Of a stretch of DNA of 32,000 bases, positions 16,674 to 24,370 are shown piece by piece. This stretch comes from Kineococcus radiotolerans SRS30216 = ATCC BAA-149 (GTDB lineage: Bacteria > Actinomycetota > Actinomycetes > Actinomycetales > Kineococcaceae). The notes beneath the pieces are model-generated. The model had not been told where the DNA came from and did not search any database. It was given only the letters and a program-made list of their open reading frames with translations. The stretch's first letter is position 1. Every line of letters begins with the position of its first letter. The stretch covers positions 3,360,001-3,392,000 of the forward strand of contig NC_009664.2 of assembly GCF_000017305.1 (NCBI RefSeq). The letters are read 5' to 3'. A program made the position numbers and the translations under genes.

Positions 16674-18224
16674 GTGCACGACGACAGCGGCGCGGCCGCG
16701 CGAGTCCCCGTGACCGGGGCGGGGACCGGGGCGGGGACCGGGGCGGGGACCGCGGCGGAGACCGGGGCGGAGACCCGGACGGTGCGCCGGCTGGTCGTCG
16801 CCGGCGCCGTGAGCGTGGCGGCCGCCGTCGCCATGCTCGTCGTCGGGCCCATGGGCGCGGCCCGCGGCCCGTGGCTCGCGGTGCTCCTCGCCAGCTGGGC
16901 GGCCTTCGGTCTCAGCGCCTGGTGGGCGCTGCGGGCCCCCGCCCCCGCCACCGCCCGCACCCGCCGCCGCGCGCTGGGGCTCGTGGTGCTCCTCGCCGCG
17001 CTGTGCCAGCTGCCCGCCCTCACGTCCATCCCGCTCTCGTCCACGGACGCCTACCGCTACGTGTGGGACGGCCGCGTGCAGCTCGCCGGCGTCTCGCCCT
17101 ACCGCTACGCCCCGGGCGACGACGCGCTGGCCCGGCTGCGCGACCCGATCCTGTTCCCCGGCCTGGGCCCGGGGGAGGCGGGCGGCCTGTCCACGGTGCG
17201 CGACCTGCCCGAGGACCGCGCGGCCTTCGACGCCGTCATCCACGACGACCCCCGCGTGCGGATCAACCGCCCGCGCACCGTGACGATCTACCCGCCGGCC
17301 GCCGAGGCCTGGTTCGCGGCCGTGGCGGCGGTGACTCCCTGGTCGGCGGGGACGCTCGGCCTGCAGATCGGCTCGGCGCTGCTGGCGCTGCTGACGACCG
17401 CCGTCATCGGCGTGGTGCTCGCGCGCCGCGGGGGCGACCCGCGCTGGGCGCTGCTGTGGGGGTGGGCGCCCGTGACGCTGGCCGAGACGGGCAGCGGCGC
17501 CCACGTCGACGTCCTCGCCGCGGCGGCCGCCGTGGTGGCCCTGGCGCTGCTCAGCTGGCGGCGGGGCGTGCTCGCCCGCGTCCTCGGCGGCGTGGCCCTG
17601 GGGGTCGCGGTCTCCGCGAAGCTCCTGCCGCTGGCGCTGCTGCCGGTCGTGGTGCCCCTCCGCCACCGCCCCTCCTCGTGGCTCGCGGCGCCCGTCGCCC
17701 TGCTCACCGTCGCCGCCACCTACGTGCCCTACGTGGCCGGCGCGGGCGCGCTGGTCTTCGGCTACCTCGGCGGCTACCTGGACGAGAACGGCTTCGACTC
17801 CGGGACCGGGAAGTTCTCCGTCCTGGCCGTGCTGCAGGTGCCGCCCGGGGCCAGGAGCGGCGTGGCGGCGGCGGTGCTGCTCGCCGTCGCGCTCGCCGTC
17901 GCGTGGCGCAGCGACCCCCTGGAGCCGTTCGTCGGGGCGGTGGTCCTGTACGGCACCACGCTGCTCGTGCTCACCCCGAACTACGCCTGGTACGCCCTGC
18001 CCGTCGTGGCGCTGGGAGCCCTCGCCCGGCGGCCCGAGTGGTTCGTCCTCGCGCTGCCGGGCGCGGTCGCCAACTCGATCGTCCCGCCCGTGGAGGTCGT
18101 CGTGGCCGCGTGGGGCGGGGCCGCCGGCGTCATCGCGCTCGTCTCGCTCCTGCGGGCCCTCCGCGCCCGCACGCCGTGGCTCCCCACCGGCCCCGCGCCC
18201 GCGGGGACCGCCGCCCTGCCCTGA
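16674..18224 (+). CDS. Polytopic membrane protein, GT-C-fold glycosyltransferase-like (DUF2029/GT87-like, putative polyprenol-phosphate-sugar dependent)
   Basis: There are many TM helices. The first loop, 'SSTDAYRYVWDGRVQLAGVSPYRYAP', resembles the Asp-containing loop-1 motif of PimE/DUF2029-type mannosyltransferases (recalled from memory). The start is uncertain: GTG 16674, or GTG 16782 downstream of the tandem repeat. Confidence 0.7.
   Translation: MHDDSGAAARVPVTGAGTGAGTGAGTAAETGAETRTVRRLVVAGAVSVAAAVAMLVVGPMGAARGPWLAVLLASWAAFGLSAWWALRAPAPATARTRRRALGLVVLLAALCQLPALTSIPLSSTDAYRYVWDGRVQLAGVSPYRYAPGDDALARLRDPILFPGLGPGEAGGLSTVRDLPEDRAAFDAVIHDDPRVRINRPRTVTIYPPAAEAWFAAVAAVTPWSAGTLGLQIGSALLALLTTAVIGVVLARRGGDPRWALLWGWAPVTLAETGSGAHVDVLAAAAAVVALALLSWRRGVLARVLGGVALGVAVSAKLLPLALLPVVVPLRHRPSSWLAAPVALLTVAATYVPYVAGAGALVFGYLGGYLDENGFDSGTGKFSVLAVLQVPPGARSGVAAAVLLAVALAVAWRSDPLEPFVGAVVLYGTTLLVLTPNYAWYALPVVALGALARRPEWFVLALPGAVANSIVPPVEVVVAAWGGAAGVIALVSLLRALRARTPWLPTGPAPAGTAALP
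16712..16778 (+). repeat. 12-bp tandem repeat, 5.5 copies (GACCGGGGCGGG)
   Basis: The units are 16712-16723, 16724-16735 and 16736-16747 (identical), 16748-16759 (gaccgcggcgga), 16760-16771 (gaccggggcgga), and a partial unit 16772-16778. If translated it encodes (TGAG)3-TAAE-TGAE. Confidence 0.95.
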
Positions 18225-18278
18225 GCCGCCCGACCCCCGGGCCGGCCCACCCCGGGCTCCTCCGCTCGGGGGGCCCGG

Positions 18279-18680
18279 TCAGGCCAGGTCCCGGGTGCGC
18301 AGGACGTCGGGGCAGGAGGCGTACCCCCGCCGGGCCCAGAACCGCTGCGCGTCCTCGTCCCCCGGCAGCACCAGCAGGTTCACCCGGGTCAGCCCGCGGG
18401 CGGTGAACCGCCGCTCCAGTTCCGTGACCAGCGCGCCGGCCAGCCCGCGGCGGCGGTGGGCGGGCAGCACGGCCAGGCGGTGGATCCAGCCCCGGCGGGC
18501 GTCGGTGGTGCCGACCACGACCCCGACGACGCCCGCGCCGGGCTCGTCCGCGACGAGCAGGAGCTCGGGCGCGTGCGCGGCCACGGCGTCCAGTTCCGCC
18601 GCGGGCAGCGGGTCGCGCCCGCCGGCCCGCCAGACGTCCAGCACCTCGGGGAGGTCGCCGGGGGCGAACGTGCGGATCAC
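18279..18680 (-). CDS. GNAT-family N-acetyltransferase (133 aa)
   Basis: From GTG 18680: 'VIRTFAPGDLPEVLDVW...IHRLAVLPAHRRRGLAGALVTELERRF...RFWARRGY' contains GNAT motif A (R-x-x-G-x-A). The start forms a GTGA overlap with the cysteine desulfurase stop. Confidence 0.85.
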   Translation of the reverse strand: MIRTFAPGDLPEVLDVWRAGGRDPLPAAELDAVAAHAPELLLVADEPGAGVVGVVVGTTDARRGWIHRLAVLPAHRRRGLAGALVTELERRFTARGLTRVNLLVLPGDEDAQRFWARRGYASCPDVLRTRDLA

Positions 18681-19810
18681 CGGGAGGCCGCGCGGACGGC
18701 CCCGGGCAGGGCGTCCAGGACCGCGTCGACGTCCGGCGCGGTCGTCGTGGGGCCGAGGGTGAACCGGACGGCGGTGCGGGCCACGTCGGGGTCCAGCCCG
18801 GTCGCCAGCAGCACGTGGGAGGCGTCGTCGGAGTCGGCGGAGCACGCCGAGCCGCTGGAGCAGACGATGCCGACCTGCTCCAGCTCGGCGAGCACCGTCT
18901 CCCCGCCGACCCCGGCGAAGCAGAACGAGGCGTGACCGGGCAGCCGGCGGGTGCGGTGACCGGTGAGCCGCGCCCCGGGGACGCCGGCGAGGACACCGTC
19001 GACCAGCCGGTCCCGCAACCCCGTCAGCCGGGCGACCTCGGCCTCCCGGGTGCTCGCCGCGGCGTGCAGGGCGACGGCCGTGCCGACCGCGGAGGCGACG
19101 TCCGTCGTCCCCGACCGCCGGCCGCGTTCCTGCCCGCCGCCGTGCAGCAGCGGCACCAGCGGGACCGCGCCGCGCACCCAGAGGAACCCCGCCCCCCGCA
19201 GCCCGCCGAACTTGTGGGCCGAGGCGGACAGGGCGTCGACCCCGAGCTCGGCGACGTCGAGGGGGAGGTGGCCGGCGGCCTGCACGGCGTCGGTGTGCAG
19301 CGGGATCCCGAGCGCGCGGCAGAGCCGGGAGATCTCCGCCAGCGGCTGCACGGTGCCGATCTCGTTGTTGGCGTACATGACCGAGACGAGGGTGGTGTCC
19401 GGGCGCAGCACCGCCGCCAGGGCGTCGAGGTCGAGGAGGCCGTCCCCGTCCACCCCGACGACGTCGACGGTGAAACCGTCCCCGCGCAGCGCCAGGGCGG
19501 TCTCCAGGACCGCCGGGTGCTCGATGGCGGAGACGACGACGTGGCGCCCGCGGGGGTTCGCGGTGGCGATGCCGGTGACGGCGAGGTTGTCCGCCTCGGT
19601 GCCCCCGGAGGTGAGCACGACCTCCCCGGGGCGGGCGCCGAGGACGTCGGCGATGACCTGCCGGGCGGCGTCGAGCCCGGCCTTCGCGGCCCGGCCGGCC
19701 TCGTGGCTGCTGGAGGGGTTCCCGGTGACCTGCGTGAGGTAGGGCCAGACCGCCTCGAGGACCTCCCGGCGCGGGGGCGAGGTCGCGGCGTGGTCCAGGT
19801 AGACGCTCAC
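18677..19810 (-). CDS. Cysteine desulfurase (class V aminotransferase, NifS/IscS-like)
   Basis: From GTG 19810: 'VYLDHAATSP...TSGGTEADNLA...SASAHKFGG' (PLP lysine) and '...CSSGSACS' (catalytic Cys loop). GTGA overlap with the nadC stop. Confidence 0.92.
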   Translation of the reverse strand: MSVYLDHAATSPPRREVLEAVWPYLTQVTGNPSSSHEAGRAAKAGLDAARQVIADVLGARPGEVVLTSGGTEADNLAVTGIATANPRGRHVVVSAIEHPAVLETALALRGDGFTVDVVGVDGDGLLDLDALAAVLRPDTTLVSVMYANNEIGTVQPLAEISRLCRALGIPLHTDAVQAAGHLPLDVAELGVDALSASAHKFGGLRGAGFLWVRGAVPLVPLLHGGGQERGRRSGTTDVASAVGTAVALHAAASTREAEVARLTGLRDRLVDGVLAGVPGARLTGHRTRRLPGHASFCFAGVGGETVLAELEQVGIVCSSGSACSADSDDASHVLLATGLDPDVARTAVRFTLGPTTTAPDVDAVLDALPGAVRAASR

Positions 19811-20682
19811 GCGCGGGCCCCCCGGACCGTCGTGTCCAGCCCCAGGTCCAGGGTGCGGGAGTTCTGGGTCAGCGCCCCGACGGAGATCAGGTCGACGCCC
19901 GTCCCCGCGATGGCGCGCACGGTGTCCAGGCGCACCCCGCCGCTGGCCTCGACCAGGGCCCGGGACCGGGCGCGGACCACCCGCACCCCCTCGGCGAGGT
20001 CGGGCAGGGGGAAGTTGTCCAGCATCACCACGTCGACGTCCGCGGCGAGCACGGCGTCGAGCTGGTCGAGGCGGTCGACCTCCACCTCGATCCGGGTGGT
20101 GTGCGGGACGCGGGCGCGGACCCCCCGCAGCGCCGTCGTGACGTCGAGGCCCTCGGCGAGCAGGACGGCGAGGTGGTTGTCCTTGACCAGCACGGCGTCC
20201 GACAGCGACCAGCGGTGGTTGTGCCCGCCCCCGGCGCGCACCGCGGCGCGTTCCAGGGCGCGCAGCCCGGGGGTCGTCTTGCGGGTGTCGACGATCCGGG
20301 CGCCGGTGCCGGCGACGGCCTCCACGAACTGCGCCGCGTGCGTCGCGATCCCCGACAGGTGCTGCAGCAGGTTCAGCGCGACGCGCTCGGCGCGCAGGAC
20401 GGCCCGGGCCTGCCCGCGGACCCGGCCCAGCGCCTGGCCGGCGGTGAAGCGGGTGCCGTCGCCGGCGAGCTCCAGGAGGTCCAGGGACCCGCCGGTGAGC
20501 CCCGCGGCGCGGGTGAAGGCCTCGCGGGCGGCGTCGGTCCCGGCCAGGACCCCGGGTTCGCGCGCCACCAGCTGCGCGTCGGCGAGGGCGTCCTCGGGCA
20601 GCAGGGCCTCGCTGGTGACGTCGCCCCAGGGCGCGTCCTCGGCGAGGGCGGCGGCGACGACCGCCGCGGTGGTGGGGTTCAC
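19807..20682 (-). CDS. nadC: Nicotinate-nucleotide (quinolinate) pyrophosphorylase, carboxylating
   Basis: From GTG 20682: 'AEDAPWGDVTSEAL...RVALNLLQHLSGIAT...DTRKTTPGLR...GGGHNHRWSLSDAVLVKDNH...MLDNF' are canonical NadC motifs. Confidence 0.95.
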   Translation of the reverse strand: MNPTTAAVVAAALAEDAPWGDVTSEALLPEDALADAQLVAREPGVLAGTDAAREAFTRAAGLTGGSLDLLELAGDGTRFTAGQALGRVRGQARAVLRAERVALNLLQHLSGIATHAAQFVEAVAGTGARIVDTRKTTPGLRALERAAVRAGGGHNHRWSLSDAVLVKDNHLAVLLAEGLDVTTALRGVRARVPHTTRIEVEVDRLDQLDAVLAADVDVVMLDNFPLPDLAEGVRVVRARSRALVEASGGVRLDTVRAIAGTGVDLISVGALTQNSRTLDLGLDTTVRGARA

Positions 20683-22265
20683 GCGGTCCTCCGGAACGAA
20701 CGGCGCACGGGGTGGGCCGGGGTGGTGGGGTCGTCGCTGCGGAAGTGCGCACCGAGGCTCTCCTCGCGCGCGGTGGCCGCGGCCACGAGCAGGCGGGCGG
20801 CGAGGACGAGGTTGGCGTCCTCGCGGGTGGAGCGGGGGACGCCGAGGTCGTCGGGGGCGATCTCGACCGGGTCCTCCTGGGGGGTGAGCAGCTTCGCCGC
20901 CACGGCCAGGCCCGCCGCGTCGCGGACGACGCCGGCGTGCTCCCACAGGGCCGCCTGCAGGTCGCGGCGGCCGACGTGGGCGGCCAGGGGCAGCGCGGGC
21001 CCGGGAACCTCGACGACCTCGTCGTCGGGGAACCGCGCGGCTCCCGGCCCGCGCCGGACGTCCTCGGCGACCTGCCCGCCGGTGACGAGGGCCTCCAGCA
21101 GGGAGTTCGAGGCGAGGCGGTTCGCGCCGTGGACCCCGGAGCAGGCGACCTCGCCCGCGGCCCAGAGGCCCGGCACCGTCGTGCGCCCCGCGGCGTCGGT
21201 GCGGATCCCGCCCATCCAGTAGTGGGCGGCGGGGGTCACGGGGATCGGGGTGGTCTCGGGGTCGAGACCGGCCTCGGCGCACAGCTGGGCGATGCCGGGG
21301 AAGCGCTCGGCGAAGGGGCGGCCGAGGCGGGCCGAGACCCCGGTGGCGTCGAGGACCACGGGCGCCCCGCCGTGCTCGGCCATGGCCGCGGCGATGGCCC
21401 GGGCCACGACGTCGCGCGGGGCGAGCTCCCCCCGCGGGTCGGCGCGGTCGGCGAACCGGTGCCCGGCCGCGTCGAGCAGCACCGCGCCCTCGCCGCGGAC
21501 GGCCTCGGAGACGAGGAAGGGGGAGGGCAGCGCGGCCACCGTCGGGTGGAACTGGAAGAACTCCAGGTCGGCGACCGCGGCGCCGGCGCGGAACGCCGCG
21601 GCGAGGCCGTCGGCGGTCGCGACCGCGGGGTTGGTGGTGCGGCTGAACAACTGCCCCGCGCCGCCGGTGGCGAGCACGACGGCGTCGGCGGTGACCCGCA
21701 GGACGTGCGCGGGCCCCCCGGCCTCGTCGCCCACCAGCAGGTCGGCCCCGACGACGCGGCCGTCCTCGGTGCGCAGCCCGGCCAGGAACGCCTCCTCGCG
21801 GACGGTGACGTCGCTGCGGCGCACGGCCGCGGCCAGGGCGGCGGAGATCGCGGCCCCGGTCCGGTCGCCCCCGGCGTGCAGGATGCGCGAGGTCGAGTGC
21901 GCGGCCTCCAGGCCCAGGGCCCAGCCGCCGGTGGAACCCCGGTCGAACTCCACGCCGCGTTCGGCGAGGACGCGGACCGCGGCCGGCCCGCCCGCGCACA
22001 ACGCCCGCACCGCGGCGGGGGAGGACAGGCCGGCCCCGGCGGCGAGGGTGTCGGCGACGTGGGCGGCGACGTCGGCGGCGTCCACCGCCGCGGCGATCCC
22101 GCCCTGGGCGTAGTGGGTGCTGCCGTCGCCGAGCGCGGTCTTGGTGGCCAGGACGACGCGCCCGGTGCGGGCGGCCTCGAGCGCGGCCGTCAGTCCCGCG
22201 ATCCCGGCCCCGACGACCAGCACGTCGGTCCGCAGCTCCTCCGCGGCCCGGGCCCGGGGGTTCAC
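20679..22265 (-). CDS. nadB: L-aspartate oxidase
   Basis: From GTG 22265: FAD fold 'DVLVVGAGIAGLTAAL', then 'THYAQGGIAA', 'HPTV', 'GLWAAGEVACSGVHGANRLASNSLLE'. GTGA overlaps at both ends. Confidence 0.95.
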   Translation of the reverse strand: MNPRARAAEELRTDVLVVGAGIAGLTAALEAARTGRVVLATKTALGDGSTHYAQGGIAAAVDAADVAAHVADTLAAGAGLSSPAAVRALCAGGPAAVRVLAERGVEFDRGSTGGWALGLEAAHSTSRILHAGGDRTGAAISAALAAAVRRSDVTVREEAFLAGLRTEDGRVVGADLLVGDEAGGPAHVLRVTADAVVLATGGAGQLFSRTTNPAVATADGLAAAFRAGAAVADLEFFQFHPTVAALPSPFLVSEAVRGEGAVLLDAAGHRFADRADPRGELAPRDVVARAIAAAMAEHGGAPVVLDATGVSARLGRPFAERFPGIAQLCAEAGLDPETTPIPVTPAAHYWMGGIRTDAAGRTTVPGLWAAGEVACSGVHGANRLASNSLLEALVTGGQVAEDVRRGPGAARFPDDEVVEVPGPALPLAAHVGRRDLQAALWEHAGVVRDAAGLAVAAKLLTPQEDPVEIAPDDLGVPRSTREDANLVLAARLLVAAATAREESLGAHFRSDDPTTPAHPVRRSFRRTA

Positions 22266-23554
22266 GGGTGCACGGCCAGCATGCGCTCCACCGCCGTGCG
22301 CGCGTTCGCCGCCACGTCGGGGTCGACGCTGACCCGGTTCACGACCCGGCCCTCCAGCAGCGACTCCAGCACCCAGGCGAGGTAGGCGGGGTGGATGCGG
22401 TACATCGTCGAGCACGGGCACACGACGGGGTCGAGGCAGTCGATCGTCAGGTCCGGGCGGGTGTCGGCGAGGCGGCGGACCATGTTCACCTCGGTGCCGA
22501 TGGCGAAGGCCGTGCCCGCCGGGGCGGCGTCGACGACGCGCTGGATGTACTGCGTGGACCCGGCCTCGTCGGCGGCGTCGACGACCTCCATCGGGCACTC
22601 CGGGTGCACGACGACCCGCACGTCGGGGTTCGCGGCGCGGGCCGCGGCGATCTGCTCGACGGTGAACCGCTGGTGCACCGAGCACCAGCCGCGCCACAGC
22701 ACGACCCGCGCGTCGGCGAGCGCCTCCGCGGAGTTCCCGCCGCGGGGTTTGCGCGGGTCCCACACCGGCATCCGCGCCACGTCGACGCCCATCGCCTTGG
22801 CCGTGTTGCGGCCCAGGTGCTGGTCGGGGAAGAACAGGACGCGCTGCCCGCGCTCGAAGGCCCACTCCAGGACCTCGCGGGCGTTGGAACTGGTGCAGAC
22901 GATCCCGCCGTGCGCGCCGCAGAAACCCTTCAGGGCGGCGGCGGAGTTCATGTACGTCACCGGGATCACCGGGACGCGCCCGTCGGCGTCGGGTTCGGTC
23001 CCGTACAGCGCCTCCAGCTGCTCCCAGCAGGCCTGCACGGAGTCGATGTCGGCCATGTCGGCCATCGAGCAGCCGGCGGCCAGGTTGGGCAGGATCACCG
23101 GCTGGTCGGGGGTGGTCAGCAGGTCGGCGGTCTCGGCCATGAAGTGCACCCCGCAGAACACGACGAACTCCGCCTCGGGGTGGCGCTGGGACTGCTGGGC
23201 GAGCTGGAAGGAGTCGCCCACGAAGTCGGCGTGCTCGACGATCTCGTCGCGCTGGTAGGCGTGCCCGAGGATGGACACCCGCGACCCCAGGGCGGCCTTC
23301 GCGGCGACGATGCGGCGGTGCAGCTCCTCGGCGGGCAGCAACCGGTACTCGGCGGGGATCTGCTGCTGCACGGGGGAACCGGCGGGGACGGGGTCCTGCC
23401 GCGACGCACCGGCGCCGTAGGTCGGCAGCGGCAGGGGCGCGCCGGGGACGGCGTCGAACTGCCACGGCGCGGTGGGCAGGTCCGGGTCGCAGGTGGCGTC
23501 GGACCCTCCCGGGGCGCGGGTGAGCAGGGCGATCTGGGTGGGGACGGACGCCAT
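22262..23554 (-). CDS. nadA: Quinolinate synthase (B. subtilis-type NadA) with about 65-aa N-terminal extension
   Basis: ATG 23554 lies 7 nt after GAGAAGG. 'SILGHAYQRDEIVEHADFVGDSFQLAQ...VVFCGVHFMAETADLL...NLAAGCSMADMA...TYMNSAA...VHPECP' are NadA motifs. Confidence 0.93.
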   Translation of the reverse strand: MASVPTQIALLTRAPGGSDATCDPDLPTAPWQFDAVPGAPLPLPTYGAGASRQDPVPAGSPVQQQIPAEYRLLPAEELHRRIVAAKAALGSRVSILGHAYQRDEIVEHADFVGDSFQLAQQSQRHPEAEFVVFCGVHFMAETADLLTTPDQPVILPNLAAGCSMADMADIDSVQACWEQLEALYGTEPDADGRVPVIPVTYMNSAAALKGFCGAHGGIVCTSSNAREVLEWAFERGQRVLFFPDQHLGRNTAKAMGVDVARMPVWDPRKPRGGNSAEALADARVVLWRGWCSVHQRFTVEQIAAARAANPDVRVVVHPECPMEVVDAADEAGSTQYIQRVVDAAPAGTAFAIGTEVNMVRRLADTRPDLTIDCLDPVVCPCSTMYRIHPAYLAWVLESLLEGRVVNRVSVDPDVAANARTAVERMLAVHP

Positions 23555-23576
23555 CGGACAGCCTTCTCTCAGGACC

Positions 23577-23614
23577 GGGGGGGGGCGGGGGTTTCGGGGA
23601 GTTCGGGGGTGGGG
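23577..23614 (+). repeat. Five-tract G-run cluster (G-quadruplex-type motif) in the nrtR-nadA spacer
   Basis: G9 (23577-85) c G5 (23587-91) tttc G4 (23596-99) agttc G5 (23605-09) t G4 (23611-14) on the + strand. For the - strand operon the + strand is the template, so the mRNA carries the complementary C-runs. Confidence 0.8.
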
Positions 23615-23622
23615 CGGCCGGC

Positions 23623-24315
23623 TCAGGCGAGCGGACCGGCGGTCATCAGCGGGCCGGCCGACCCCTCCGGGACGACGGCGCGGTAGAGCTTCGGCGGGCG
23701 GTGCCGCCCGCCGGTCTGGCGTTCCCCGGTCTCGACCACGGTGCCCGACGCCTCGACCTGGCGCCGGAAGTTCGCGGGGTCGAGGGGACGTTGCAGCACC
23801 GCCTCGTGGACCTCGCGCAACTGCGCGAGGGAGAACCGCTCCTCGAGGAAGTGCTGCGCGACGTGGGCGTGCTGCACCTTCGTGCGCAGCCGCCACAGGC
23901 CGTACTGCACGATCTCGTCGTGGTCGAAGGCGAGGCCCACCGCGTCGTCGGCGGAGGTCCAGCGCACGTTCTCGCCCTCGACGGCCGCGGCCGCCTCGTG
24001 GTTGCGCACCAGGGCGGAGTACACGACGGAGACGACGCGCTGGCCGGGGGAGCGGTCGGGGCGCCCGAAGGTGTAGAGCTGCTCGAGGTAGCGCGGGCGC
24101 AGGCCCGTCGTCTCGGCCAGCGTCCGGCGCCCGGCGTCGCTGAGGCTCTCGGCGGTGCGGACCCAGCCGCCGGGCAGCGCCCACTGCCCGTCGTGGGGCT
24201 CGCGGGTGCGCCGCACCAGCGGCAGGTGGACCCGCACGTCCCCGCCCCGGTCGGGGAGCAGGGCGAAGATCAGCGTCGACACCGCGACGAGGATCGCCTG
24301 CTGGGACGTGCTCAC
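23623..24315 (-). CDS. nrtR: NrtR-type Nudix-related transcriptional regulator of NAD metabolism
   Basis: From GTG 24315 there is an N-terminal Nudix fold with a degenerate box, 'GGWVRTAESLSDAGRRTLAETTGL'. The C-terminal winged-helix region is 'FLEERFSLAQLREVHEAVLQRPLDPANFRRQV'. It lies immediately upstream of nadABC, the published NrtR genomic context. Confidence 0.85.
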   Translation of the reverse strand: MSTSQQAILVAVSTLIFALLPDRGGDVRVHLPLVRRTREPHDGQWALPGGWVRTAESLSDAGRRTLAETTGLRPRYLEQLYTFGRPDRSPGQRVVSVVYSALVRNHEAAAAVEGENVRWTSADDAVGLAFDHDEIVQYGLWRLRTKVQHAHVAQHFLEERFSLAQLREVHEAVLQRPLDPANFRRQVEASGTVVETGERQTGGRHRPPKLYRAVVPEGSAGPLMTAGPLA

Positions 24316-24370
24316 GGATCCGGGCCCCGCCTCAGTAAGGGTGGTTCTGACAACAACTCCGTCGGCGAGC

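Noticed and set aside
16712-16778. The tandem repeat as a possible CRISPR array
   Set aside because: The units are 12 bp and directly abutting, with no spacers, and there are no cas genes. It is a simple tandem repeat.
18225-18278. Possible bidirectional terminator between the GT-C and GNAT genes
   Set aside because: Only short (4-5 bp) GC stems such as GCCCG/CGGGC could be found, which is not convincing enough to annotate.
15813-18406. ORFs 15813..17666 (-), 16604..18406 (+) and similar frames over the PhyH and GT-C genes
   Set aside because: Same reasoning: low-complexity shadow frames. In particular, the GDRGGDRG... repeat in 16604..18406 is just the 12-bp tandem repeat read in another frame.
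24331-24360. Low-GC patch as an IdeR iron box
   Set aside because: The best alignment of TAAGGGTGGTTCTGACAAC to the 19-bp iron-box consensus gives only about 8/19 matches and no dyad symmetry.
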